A stretch of 64,000 nt of DNA, from positions 5,012-69,011 of the forward strand of contig JBBIMK010000001.1 of NCBI GenBank assembly GCA_037444445.1. Reading direction: 5' to 3'. Origin of the DNA: a bacterium (GTDB lineage: Bacteria > UBP7 > UBA6624 > JBBIMK01). The translations under genes and the position numbers were made by a program. Every line of letters starts with the position of its first letter. Within the stretch, counting starts at the first letter, position 1. The notes under the pieces were generated by a model. It ran no database searches and had not been told where the DNA came from. It saw only the letters and a list, made by a program, of their open reading frames with translations. Positions 6,816 to 16,568 of the stretch are shown in pieces.

Positions 6816-8624
6816 GTGTGCGGGATTGCCGGGATTCTTCGGTTTGATGGCGGGAAAGTAGAGCAGGACTGGCTGAAGCAGATGGCGGAGAGTTTGAAAC
6901 ACCGGGGTCCGGATGGAGAGGGGTATTATGTGGACCGGGCGGAGAGATTTGGGCTGGCTTTCCGCAGGCTTGCCATTATTGACCTGGTGACGGGCGACCA
7001 GCCTATGTGCAACGAAGATAGCTCCATCTGGATTGTCTTGAATGGAGAAATTTACAATTTTATTGACATCCGAAGGCAGCTGGACGGGCACGGGCATTAC
7101 TTCAAAACCCAGAGTGATACGGAAAGCGTTCTTCATGCTTATGAAGAGTGGGGCCCGGATTGCATAGAGAGATTGCGAGGGATGTTTGCATTTCTGATTT
7201 TAGACCTGCGTTCCAGGAAGATATTCTTCGTTCGCGACCGCCTGGGAATTAAACCTTTTTATTACTCCTTCCAGAGCGGTATTTTTACCTTCGCCTCTGA
7301 ATTGAAAGCATTTCATCGGTTACCTTTCCTGAACCTGGAGATACATATACCTTCAGTAGTTGACTATCTGCGATATGGATATGTGCCATCGCCGGCAACG
7401 ATTTTTGCGGGTATTCATAAATTGCCTCCTGCCTGTGCGGGTGTGATAGATTTCAGCCGTGAAAGGGTTCTCCCGGTGGAGCCCATAGTGCGCAGGTACT
7501 GGAAGCCCCGATGGGAAGCCAATGAAAAACCCACCCTGAAAGAGTGGATGAAAAAGTTAGAGGAGAAGTTGAAGGAAACTGTCTCCACCTACCTGGTGTC
7601 GGATGTGCCGCTGGGAGCCTTTTTAAGCGGTGGAACGGATTCCTCTACTGTGGTGGCATTGATGGCACAGACGGCAGGTAAGGAGAGGGTAAAAACTTTC
7701 TCTATCGGGTATAAAGAGCGTCTGTTCAATGAACTTCCTTATGCTCGTCTGGTGGGGAAAAAGTATGAAACAGAATCTACGGAAAAGATTATTGCTTCTG
7801 AGGAACTGGAGAAAGCGGCAGAGCAGTTACCCCGGATTTTTGATGAACCATTTGCGGACTCTTCCGCATTGCCAACTTACTGTGTTTCAGCACTGGCAAG
7901 TGAAAAAGTAAAGGTGGCTCTCTCTGGAGATGGTGGGGATGAATTGTTCGCAGGTTACGGAAGATATAGAAAGGTTCTGAAAATGAGCCACGGGGGATTT
8001 TCCCTCCTGAAATGGCGATGGACTCCCGTGCATCCCCTCGAAATCTTTGAAAGCGGTCAGCGAATTTTTACCGATGCACAGATTTCGCAAATTATTCTTC
8101 CAGAATATTCTCCTTACATTCACCCATCGGACTATTTTCTTCAGTTTTTTGAAGAAGGAGCCGAGTGGGATCTACTTTCTGCACTTCAGCATATAGATTT
8201 AATGACCTACCTGCCTGAAAATAACCTGACGAAGGTGGACCGGGCGAGCATGGCTCACGGGTTAGAGGTTCGGGTGCCATTTCTGGACCATGAAGTCGTG
8301 GAACTGGCTGTGACAATTCCTCCTGAGTTACGACACCCGGGCAGGCAGAGGAAATATATCCTGAAAAAGGTGATGGAATCTCACCTGCCACGGCGGGTGC
8401 TTTACCGAAAGAAACGTGGGTTTTCTATTCCTCTTCGTTTGTGGATGAAAGGGGGATTTCTGAAGAAAGTGAAAGAGAGCCTGCTTTCACCGGAGATGAG
8501 AAATTTTGCGACAGAAAAGGGTGTGATGAAACTACTGAAGGAACAGGAAAAAAATCCACGCCGGATGTCAGCCCATCTGTGGGCATTACTTTTCTTTAGC
8601 CGGTGGCTGACCACCTGGAAGTGA
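6816..8624 (+). CDS. asnB: Asparagine synthase (glutamine-hydrolysing)
   Basis: N-terminal MCGIAG Ntn-amidotransferase start; SGGTDSS PP-loop. Confidence 0.9.
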   Translation: MCGIAGILRFDGGKVEQDWLKQMAESLKHRGPDGEGYYVDRAERFGLAFRRLAIIDLVTGDQPMCNEDSSIWIVLNGEIYNFIDIRRQLDGHGHYFKTQSDTESVLHAYEEWGPDCIERLRGMFAFLILDLRSRKIFFVRDRLGIKPFYYSFQSGIFTFASELKAFHRLPFLNLEIHIPSVVDYLRYGYVPSPATIFAGIHKLPPACAGVIDFSRERVLPVEPIVRRYWKPRWEANEKPTLKEWMKKLEEKLKETVSTYLVSDVPLGAFLSGGTDSSTVVALMAQTAGKERVKTFSIGYKERLFNELPYARLVGKKYETESTEKIIASEELEKAAEQLPRIFDEPFADSSALPTYCVSALASEKVKVALSGDGGDELFAGYGRYRKVLKMSHGGFSLLKWRWTPVHPLEIFESGQRIFTDAQISQIILPEYSPYIHPSDYFLQFFEEGAEWDLLSALQHIDLMTYLPENNLTKVDRASMAHGLEVRVPFLDHEVVELAVTIPPELRHPGRQRKYILKKVMESHLPRRVLYRKKRGFSIPLRLWMKGGFLKKVKESLLSPEMRNFATEKGVMKLLKEQEKNPRRMSAHLWALLFFSRWLTTWK

Positions 8625-8671
8625 TGGCAAAAGGGCAAGAAAGCAGAAAGAGGCATAAAGATTTTTCTGTT

Positions 8672-10810
8672 CTATGCGGTTTTGTCCTGTGCGGTAAGCA
8701 GAATGCGAGCATCCACGACGAAAGCACCCTGGCCTTCAGGCATAGCGAGAAGAGGGTTAATGTCCAGTTCATCAATATCTTGAAGTTCTGTGGCAAGCTG
8801 GGATAGGCGTTCCAGGTATTCCACAATGCGGGGAATATCAGAGGGGGGCTCACCCCGGAAGCCCCGGAGGATAGAATACCCTTTGATTTCCGTAATCATG
8901 CGTCGGGCGCCAAGTTCACGGATAGGTGCGATGCGGAAGGTTACATCCTTGAAGGCTTCCACATAAATTCCTCCGAGGCCAAACATCAAAAGAGGTCCGA
9001 AGTGAGGGTCCTTTCGCATGCCGAGGATGGTTTCTTTTCCACCCGAAATCATTTTTTGAACCAGAACACCCCAGATAGGAGCATCAGGTTGTGCGGATTG
9101 GATTCTCTTCAACAGATAATGATATTCCCTTCGGAGCATATAAGAGTTTTGGATATTCAAGACCACTCCACCTAAATCCACCTTGTGGATGATACTGGGA
9201 GAAACAATTTTAAGAACTACCGGGAAACCGATATTTTCTGCGTATGAAACGGCTTCTTCCTCGCTGGTGGCAAGGGCGTAGGGAGAAATGGAGAAACCGT
9301 AAGATTCTAAAATGCGGTAAGTTTCAGGTTCGGGGAGGAAAAGGCGTTTTTCTTCTCTGGCTTTTTTCAGGGTCTGTCGGGCGATTTCAGGATGGATATC
9401 AGTGAAAAGGTGGACGGGGGTTCTGGGGCGGTGAACCCACCAGGCGTATCTGGCCATATAAGCCAGAGCACGCACCGCTGATTCCGGGAAGCGGTAGTTG
9501 GGAATATTGGCCGAGTCCAGAATCTGGAGGGTAGAGCCAATGTCACGAGTTGCCATAAAAGAAGCGAGGACAGGCTTTGAGGATGCCTTCGCCAGGCGAA
9601 CGATGGTATGGGCAATGGCGGTGGAATCGGTGGCAATGTGAGGTGTGCAGATAACGAGAATGGAATCTATGGCATCGTCTTCCAGAACGAGTCGTAGTGC
9701 GGATTCATATCGGTCTTCCTTTGCATCTCCAATGAGGTCAATGGGATTTCGGAGAGAAGCGGTAGGTGGAAGGATACTCTGAAGTTTTTTAAGAGTAGAA
9801 GGGGAAGGCTCGGGGAGAGAGAGTCCATGTCGTATGGCGGTGTCCGTAGCGATGATGGCGGGACCGCCGGCGTTGGTAATGATAGCCAGGCGGTTTCCGC
9901 GGGGTAGAGGCTGGGTTGAAAAAGCCGTGGCATAATCAAAGAGTTCTTCTAAGGTGTTAACGCGAAAGACACCGCACTGTTCAAACAGAAATTCGTAGGC
10001 TTCGTCGGTGCCTGCGAGGGCAGCGGTATGGGAAGCGGCAGCCTTCGCTCCTTCTACGGTTCGGCCAGATTTAATAGCGAGGATGGGCTTGGATTTCGGC
10101 AAATCTCCGGTAATTTGTGAAGCAATTTCTATGAAGCGTTTCGGATTCTCTAAATCTTCAAGATAGAGGAGAATCACATCGGTCTGGGGGTCGGAGGCTA
10201 AAAAAGCAAGCAGGTCATTTTCTGAGATGTCCGCTTTGTTTCCGACAGAGATGAATTTAGAAATGCCAATATTCTGGGCTTGAACATATTCCAATGCGGC
10301 GGCTCCCAAAGCGCCACTCTGGGAGATAAAAGCAATATTCCCCGGTTCAGGCATTACACGGCCAAAGGTGGCATTGAAACGAATGGCAGGGTCAGCATTG
10401 ATGACGCCAAAACAGTTTGGGCCAATCAGGGATATGTGGTAACGGCTTGCCACAACCCGTAAAGATTCCTGTCGGTTTATTCCCTCTTCCCCCAGTTCAG
10501 CAAAGCCCGCAGAAATGATAATGGCGCCTTTTACACCCTTTTTACCACAGTCTTCCATAACCGCCACCGCTTTCGTGCAGGGAACTACTACAACGGCCAG
10601 TTCCACCTCATCCGGAATGTCCAGCACAGTGGGATAACAGCGCACACCGAGAATACTCCGGGTGGAGGGATTTACTGGATAGACAACGCCCGAGTAACCG
10701 CTGAAAAGGATGTTAGAGAAGATAGCATGGCCTATGGAGCCAACCCGTCGTGAAGCCCCGATGACCGCTACGGATGTGGGCGACAATAGTGAGCGAACTT
10801 CTTTTTCCAT
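8672..10810 (-). CDS. ADP-forming acyl-CoA (acetyl-CoA) synthetase, fused alpha-beta
   Basis: 712 aa. N-terminal CoA-binding VAVIGASRRVGSIGHAI; C-terminal ATP-grasp region. Confidence 0.75.
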   Translation of the reverse strand: MEKEVRSLLSPTSVAVIGASRRVGSIGHAIFSNILFSGYSGVVYPVNPSTRSILGVRCYPTVLDIPDEVELAVVVVPCTKAVAVMEDCGKKGVKGAIIISAGFAELGEEGINRQESLRVVASRYHISLIGPNCFGVINADPAIRFNATFGRVMPEPGNIAFISQSGALGAAALEYVQAQNIGISKFISVGNKADISENDLLAFLASDPQTDVILLYLEDLENPKRFIEIASQITGDLPKSKPILAIKSGRTVEGAKAAASHTAALAGTDEAYEFLFEQCGVFRVNTLEELFDYATAFSTQPLPRGNRLAIITNAGGPAIIATDTAIRHGLSLPEPSPSTLKKLQSILPPTASLRNPIDLIGDAKEDRYESALRLVLEDDAIDSILVICTPHIATDSTAIAHTIVRLAKASSKPVLASFMATRDIGSTLQILDSANIPNYRFPESAVRALAYMARYAWWVHRPRTPVHLFTDIHPEIARQTLKKAREEKRLFLPEPETYRILESYGFSISPYALATSEEEAVSYAENIGFPVVLKIVSPSIIHKVDLGGVVLNIQNSYMLRREYHYLLKRIQSAQPDAPIWGVLVQKMISGGKETILGMRKDPHFGPLLMFGLGGIYVEAFKDVTFRIAPIRELGARRMITEIKGYSILRGFRGEPPSDIPRIVEYLERLSQLATELQDIDELDINPLLAMPEGQGAFVVDARILLTAQDKTA

Positions 10811-10870
10811 ATTCTATCCTTATTGTAAGGGAAGTTATAATGCTTCACAAAATGAGCGGATCGTTGTAAA

Positions 10871-11950
10871 ATGAATCATGGGATGAAAGCCGTAGCAGGA
10901 GCAGAAACGCTGGCTGAGATTTTAGACGGGCTGACAGTAGAAGGGAGGCTTTATGACCGATTGCCGGGAGAGAAGGTTCGCTGTTATGCCTGCGGGCATC
11001 GGTGTGTCATATTCAATGGACAGCGCGGGATTTGCCAGGTTCGGTACAACAAAAATGGGGTTCTTTATGTGCCTTATGGATATGTGGGGGCTCTTCAATG
11101 CGACCCGATAGAAAAGAAACCCTTTTTTCATGTGTTACCCGGTAGCCGGGCTCTCACTTTCGGAATGCTGGGTTGTGATTTTCACTGCTCTTACTGTCAG
11201 AACTGGCTCACGAGCCAGGCATTGAGGGACCCGGCAGCGGGAGTCTCACCGATGGAAGTCACACCGGAGCAAATGCTGGAACTGGCAAAACGGTTTCAAG
11301 CGGATCTGGTGGTCAGTTCGTATAATGAACCCTTAATTACCTCTGAATGGGCGGTGGGAATCTTTCAACTGGCAAAGCAATCGGGATTACGAACCGGATA
11401 TGTATCCAATGGAAATGTAACGGGTGAAGTGCTGGATTATCTCCACCTTTACACAGACTGTTACAAGATAGATTTGAAAACGATGAATGACCGGAATTAT
11501 CGGAAACTGGGCGGAGTTCTGCAACATGTACTGGACGCCGTGAAACTGGTATATGAAAAGGGATTCTGGCTGGAAGTTGTGACCCTGGTGATACCGGGAT
11601 TTAATGATTCAGATGAGGAACTCCGGGAAGCGGCACGATATATTGCAGGTGTGTCAACGGATATTCCCTGGCATGTCACAGCGTTTCATAAGGACTATAA
11701 GATGACAGACCCTGATAACACTCCGCCGAAAACTCTATTGCGGGCGGCAGAGATTGGAAGAGAGGAAGGACTTCATTTCGTCTATGCTGGGAATTTGCCG
11801 GGCTGGGTGAAAAGTCTGGAAAATACTTATTGTCCGACCTGTCACACTTTATTGGTTCAACGCTACGGTTATACGATTGAAAAAGACTTATTAAGCGGGT
11901 CTGGCTCTTGCCCACAGTGCCAGACGAAAATTCCCGGCATCTGGCAGTAA
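10871..11950 (+). CDS. Radical SAM protein, AmmeMemoRadiSam (AmrS) / PFL-activating-enzyme-like
   Basis: CDFHCSYC (Cx3Cx2C), plus an N-terminal Cys cluster CYACGHRC and a C-terminal CPTC...CPQC. Confidence 0.65.
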   Translation: MNHGMKAVAGAETLAEILDGLTVEGRLYDRLPGEKVRCYACGHRCVIFNGQRGICQVRYNKNGVLYVPYGYVGALQCDPIEKKPFFHVLPGSRALTFGMLGCDFHCSYCQNWLTSQALRDPAAGVSPMEVTPEQMLELAKRFQADLVVSSYNEPLITSEWAVGIFQLAKQSGLRTGYVSNGNVTGEVLDYLHLYTDCYKIDLKTMNDRNYRKLGGVLQHVLDAVKLVYEKGFWLEVVTLVIPGFNDSDEELREAARYIAGVSTDIPWHVTAFHKDYKMTDPDNTPPKTLLRAAEIGREEGLHFVYAGNLPGWVKSLENTYCPTCHTLLVQRYGYTIEKDLLSGSGSCPQCQTKIPGIWQ

Positions 11951-11980
11951 AGGTAAAGAAGAGAAAAGCACAGGCTATAT

Positions 11981-12925
11981 TCACTTATCTGAGGGGCGAC
12001 TGGTTGTGGAAGGAGGTTCTGGATGTCCGCCGCCCCAGAGCATCGGTAAAGCATGGAATAGACCCGGTAAAATTGCCTGGAGAGATTCAGAAGCGCCCTT
12101 AGAACTGCCGGGTAGATTGACAATCAGGGTTTTCCCTTTCACGCCGGCGATTCCTCTGGAGAGCATGGAGTAAGGGGTGCGACGCTGGCCAAAGGCTCGT
12201 GCTGCTTCCAGGATTCCGGGAACTTCACGGTCAATGATGGCCTCTGTAGCTTCAACGGTTACATCTCGGGGTCCCAGCCCTGTTCCGCCTGTGGTCATAA
12301 TCAGGTCTATGCCTGCCTGACATTGCTTCAGGAGTTCCTGGATGATTTTCTCTCGGTCGTCAGGTAAAATCACATAGGACTCTACTTGCACTCCGTTGGA
12401 TTTTAGTAGTTCGGCGATGATTTTGCCGGATTTGTCCTGACGCTTACCTGCATAAGTACCATCGGAGGTTACAATCACAGCCGCTCGTAAAGGTTTTTCA
12501 AAAAAGGTGAGAAAATCTTTTTTTCCACCTTTCTTTTCAAGCAGGCGTATTGATTGAATCTCCAGGGTTTCATCCAGAGGTTTCAGCATATCATAGGCAG
12601 TGAGAGCGGCCAGCGTTGCGGCGAGAAGCGCTTCCATTTCTACCCCTGTTTTCCACACGGATTTCACATGGCTCTGAATGAGAAGGGAGGATTCCTGGAG
12701 GGTGAACTCCAGAGTGACAGCATCCACTGGAACAGGGTGGCAAAAGGGAATGAGTTCGGAGGTGCGCTTGGCGGCCAGGATGCCCGCCGTCCTTGCGACT
12801 TCTAAAACATTGCCCTTCGGCACTGACTGATTTTCTATAGATTTCCGTGTGGAAGGAAGCATTTTCAAGATAGCCTCGGCTTTCGCTTCCCGGAGTGTAT
12901 CCGGCTTCGGGCTCACATCTATCAT
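11981..12925 (-). CDS. moaC: Bifunctional MoaC (cPMP synthase) / MogA-MoaB (molybdopterin adenylyltransferase)
   Basis: N-terminal MoaC-like half; C-terminal MogA motif GGTGLGPRD. Confidence 0.8.
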   Translation of the reverse strand: MIDVSPKPDTLREAKAEAILKMLPSTRKSIENQSVPKGNVLEVARTAGILAAKRTSELIPFCHPVPVDAVTLEFTLQESSLLIQSHVKSVWKTGVEMEALLAATLAALTAYDMLKPLDETLEIQSIRLLEKKGGKKDFLTFFEKPLRAAVIVTSDGTYAGKRQDKSGKIIAELLKSNGVQVESYVILPDDREKIIQELLKQCQAGIDLIMTTGGTGLGPRDVTVEATEAIIDREVPGILEAARAFGQRRTPYSMLSRGIAGVKGKTLIVNLPGSSKGASESLQAILPGLFHALPMLWGGGHPEPPSTTSRPSDK

Positions 12926-12967
12926 CGTCCTGACACTCCCATAATAAAGAAATTCACCGGATGATGG

Positions 12968-13231
12968 CTATCCTCCGCTAATGGGTGGAAGGACAGCAAT
13001 TTCTTCATCACCCTGAAATTGGTAAGTATCCTCGGGGAGAGTTTGATTGACTGCGAAGGCCAATGCATCACCCAACTTCTGGAGTTTCGGGTATTTCTCA
13101 AATAGAAGATTTTTCAGCACCTTCAGAGTGGGGTTCTCCGGCAGGTCCATCCATTCTTCCTTCACACCTGTTATTTGCTTCGTTTGAGCAAAGTATAAAA
13201 TTTTCACCCTATGAGAGGATGAGAAAGCCAT
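12968..13231 (-). CDS. moaD: Molybdopterin synthase sulfur-carrier subunit MoaD
   Basis: Ends in GG; MoaD-like. Start taken at the internal ATG (MAFSSS...) to avoid overlap with moaA. Confidence 0.65.
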   Translation of the reverse strand: MAFSSSHRVKILYFAQTKQITGVKEEWMDLPENPTLKVLKNLLFEKYPKLQKLGDALAFAVNQTLPEDTYQFQGDEEIAVLPPISGG

Positions 13232-13238
13232 GGAAAAA

Positions 13239-14255
13239 TCACCCCCCAATCGCATGCATGGTGCGAGTCGGTCTCACAAACCCAGGCAAATTAATCAGAT
13301 GCCCTTCTTCTTTCATTGACACTGCACTGGCGAGGAAGTCAGCAATTTCCTGGTCAGAAGCGTTGCCGCGCAGGAGAGGCTTCAGGTCAAATTCTTTTGT
13401 GGCGAAGAGGCAAGTTCGGAAGAAACCATCCGCAGTGAGGCGAATTCGGTCGCATAAATGACAGAAGGGCTGTGATACACTGGAGATGATTCCGATTTCA
13501 CCTCTGCCATCATCAAAAACATAGCGTTTTGCCGGGTCAGAGCCATCGGGATCAACGGGGGTAAAAGGAGCCACGCGATGAACATGTTGAAGGATTTCTT
13601 CGGCGGAAATCACCATTTCTCGTCTCCACATCCCGGCGCTATCCAGAGGCATAAACTCAATGAATCGGACGGTGATGTTTTCGTCACGAGCAAACCTCGT
13701 AAAGGCTTCAATTTCATCATCGTTTATACCACGAATCAGCACGACATTAATTTTTACCGGAGTGAACCCCACTCGTCGGGCTTCCTGGATTCCCGCTATA
13801 ACTTTATCAAAAGCATCTCTTCTCACGATTTCAGCAAATTTCTCTCTGCTGAGGGTATCCAGGCTAATGTTCAAGCCATCTAAGCCAGCATCTTTCAATG
13901 CCTGAACTTTCTCTAATAGAAAGTATCCGTTTGTAGTCATGGAGATGGAAGCAAGGCCGGGAATCTGTCGGAGAAAATGAACCAGCACCTCCACATTTTT
14001 ACGCACAAGAGGCTCTCCTCCCGTCAGGCGAATCTTTTGAACGCCGAGGTTCACTGCGATGTGGACGATACGGTAAATTTCTTCAAAGGTAAGAATACTC
14101 TCCCGTGGAAGCCAGGTGATTTCAGAATCGGGTAGGCAATATAAGCAACGGAAATTGCACCGGTCAGTTACAGAAACTCTTAATTTACGGGCAATTCGGC
14201 CGTAAGAGTCCACCAATTTATTCCCTCTACTTTGCGATAGTTTTGGCCCGTTCAT
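13239..14255 (-). CDS. moaA: GTP 3',8-cyclase MoaA (radical SAM)
   Basis: CNFRCLYC cluster motif, plus a C-terminal second cluster CHLCDRIRLTADG. Confidence 0.9.
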   Translation of the reverse strand: MNGPKLSQSRGNKLVDSYGRIARKLRVSVTDRCNFRCLYCLPDSEITWLPRESILTFEEIYRIVHIAVNLGVQKIRLTGGEPLVRKNVEVLVHFLRQIPGLASISMTTNGYFLLEKVQALKDAGLDGLNISLDTLSREKFAEIVRRDAFDKVIAGIQEARRVGFTPVKINVVLIRGINDDEIEAFTRFARDENITVRFIEFMPLDSAGMWRREMVISAEEILQHVHRVAPFTPVDPDGSDPAKRYVFDDGRGEIGIISSVSQPFCHLCDRIRLTADGFFRTCLFATKEFDLKPLLRGNASDQEIADFLASAVSMKEEGHLINLPGFVRPTRTMHAIGG

Positions 14256-14853
14256 ATTCTAACTTTGCCTCCTGGTATTGGGAGAAAGTGTTGATATTCA
14301 TAAATAGAGAAGAGAGCGGAAAGAGGGGAGCAAGTGAAGATTCATCAATGGAACAGATGGAAAGGCTGGAATGCTCCAAAAAGTCAGTCAGTGCATAACG
14401 TTTGTGCTGGAGGAACTTTTCCAAAATGCAGAGACAGGATTTCCGATAGAGAGCAGATAGAGGATGCCAGCGATTCCTGATCCGAGGAACGACCACATCA
14501 TAATGGTTCGCATGCTGATACAAAAATGAAAGATACTCCGGCGTTAAGAAAGGCAGATCACATGCCACCGCAAAAGAGAAAGGATACTGAGATGCCTCTA
14601 AACCAGTGTAAAGGCCCATCATAGGGCCGATTCCTTTCTCTCGGTCCAACAAAACTTTCACCTTTTTCAACGGGATAGGCAGCGAAATCGGGGGATTTGA
14701 GAAGACCACAAAAGTTTCACTCGCAACGATAGATATTCTATCAATGATATGCTCCAGAAGAGTCTTACCTGCCCAGGGGAGGAGGCGTTTATCTTCATGC
14801 ATTCGTCGGGATTTACCCCCTGCGAGGATGATAGCCGTGGCGTCACATTTCAT
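14227..14853 (-). CDS. mobA: Molybdenum cofactor guanylyltransferase MobA
   Basis: IILAGGKSRRM N-terminal motif. Confidence 0.75.
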   Translation of the reverse strand: MKCDATAIILAGGKSRRMHEDKRLLPWAGKTLLEHIIDRISIVASETFVVFSNPPISLPIPLKKVKVLLDREKGIGPMMGLYTGLEASQYPFSFAVACDLPFLTPEYLSFLYQHANHYDVVVPRIRNRWHPLSALYRKSCLCILEKFLQHKRYALTDFLEHSSLSICSIDESSLAPLFPLSSLFMNINTFSQYQEAKLEYERAKTIAK

Positions 14854-14897
14854 GCGAGCAAGATGGAACCAGTATTTTATCTGTTATTTTCAAGAAA

Positions 14898-15488
14898 TCA
14901 CAACCAGCCATAGAGAACAAGGGAAGAAAAAACGCGCCACGCAAAGATGCCAGTGAGTATGAGCAAGGAGATAGTCAGATAAAGAGGCCAGGGCGAATGG
15001 ACTTGAAGCCCCAGAATGACTTCTGTGAGCACGAGGAACAAGCAGATGGCTGAAATTTTTTTTCGGTTCTTCCTCAGTGCGCCGAGTTGCACCGCTAATT
15101 CCTCCGGCACAGGCTTATCCGGAGAGAGTTTCTCCAGGAAGCCTTCTATCTGGGGTTCAATTCGGAAAACAACCACATACAGGAGAGTGAGAATCACCAG
15201 AAAAACGCCCAGTTTTACATCCAGAACCCAATTGGAGAAAAATCCTGAAACACCTATTTCATCTACCCAAACCACGAGGAGCCCGGTGAGAAGAATAGTG
15301 AGAAGCCACCAAATACATCGTCGTGGAGCCTTAAAGATGATATTCTCCATATATCGGTCTACCGGATAGATGATTTTAGAACCCATCCGTGCACGCTCAT
15401 TTACAGCCATTAGCAGCCAAAAGGGACCTGCCATTAATACCGCAGAAAGCACATGAAATAGCAGAAGAACATTTCTTGCCTCTTGCAT
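14898..15488 (-). CDS. Hypothetical polytopic membrane protein
   Basis: 196 aa with multiple hydrophobic helices; no recognised motif. Confidence 0.4.
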   Translation of the reverse strand: MQEARNVLLLFHVLSAVLMAGPFWLLMAVNERARMGSKIIYPVDRYMENIIFKAPRRCIWWLLTILLTGLLVVWVDEIGVSGFFSNWVLDVKLGVFLVILTLLYVVVFRIEPQIEGFLEKLSPDKPVPEELAVQLGALRKNRKKISAICLFLVLTEVILGLQVHSPWPLYLTISLLILTGIFAWRVFSSLVLYGWL

Positions 15489-15573
15489 TTATTTTCGCCC
15501 CTCTACTGAATATTATACAGGATAACTGAAATGCTATAATTTCTTAAGACAATGGGAACGATAAATACCCCTT

Positions 15574-16446
15574 TTGAGTGAAAATCTTATGAGAATACGG
15601 ATAGGACATAGCCCGGATGCAGATGATGCGTTCATGTATTATGCCATCGCTACCAAGAAAATTGAAACAGAAAACATTCAGTTTGAGCAAGTAGTGGAAG
15701 ACATCCAGAGCCTGAATGAACGAGCAAAAACTGGAGAATTGGATGTTACTGCCATTTCCGCCCATGTCTATCCGCTGGTTCAGAAATTTTACGACATTCT
15801 TACCTGTGGTGCCAGCGTGGGAATTCGGTATGGGCCTATTTTGGTGGCACGCGAGAAGATGCCGGAGCTTCTCGTTCGCTCACTTCCCCACAGAATTTCG
15901 CTAAATTTTTCTGGAATGACCGTGGCTGTTCCAGGAAAATTGACTACGGCTTACCTTCTGCTGAAAATATACGGGAAGGATTTTCATGAGGTGGTAGTGC
16001 CTTTTGATAGAGTGCTCTGGGCTGTTCAAACAGAAAAGGTTGATCTGGGATTAGTGATTCATGAAGGACAACTTACCTATAAACAATATGGGCTGGTGAA
16101 AATCACAGACCTGGGCAAAATCTGGTATGAGAACACCCATTTGCCCGTTCCACTGGGGATTAATGTGATTCATAAAAGCCTTCCAGAACAAGAGAAGAAG
16201 AAGATAGTAGAAGTGATGAAACGGAGTATACTTTATGCACTTTCGCATCGTGAAGAGGCTTTCTCATACGCGCTTCAATATGGACGAGGAATTCCTGAGG
16301 AATTAGGGAAAAAATTTATACTGCAATATGTGAACTCTTATACTCTGCACATGGGGGAGAAAGGCAAAAAAGCCCTACGGAGGCTTTTTCAAAAAGCCTC
16401 AAGGAGGAAATTCCTGCCACCTGCGCATTCACTTCGGTGGATTTAG
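15574..16446 (+). CDS. mqnD: MqnA/MqnD family menaquinone (futalosine pathway) protein, MqnD-like
   Basis: N-terminal IRIGHSPDADDAFMYYAI resembles the MqnD GxSPCPNDxFxFYAL motif. Confidence 0.6.
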   Translation: MSENLMRIRIGHSPDADDAFMYYAIATKKIETENIQFEQVVEDIQSLNERAKTGELDVTAISAHVYPLVQKFYDILTCGASVGIRYGPILVAREKMPELLVRSLPHRISLNFSGMTVAVPGKLTTAYLLLKIYGKDFHEVVVPFDRVLWAVQTEKVDLGLVIHEGQLTYKQYGLVKITDLGKIWYENTHLPVPLGINVIHKSLPEQEKKKIVEVMKRSILYALSHREEAFSYALQYGRGIPEELGKKFILQYVNSYTLHMGEKGKKALRRLFQKASRRKFLPPAHSLRWI

Positions 16447-16568
16447 AAAAAATACAGGATAGCGATATAAAAGGAGCAACAGAATTTTTACGCCAGATGG
16501 ATTGAGACAATTTTTGATGACCCTGTGGGTGAAGAAGTAGTCTGTCTATTAGATGTAAAATTATATTC

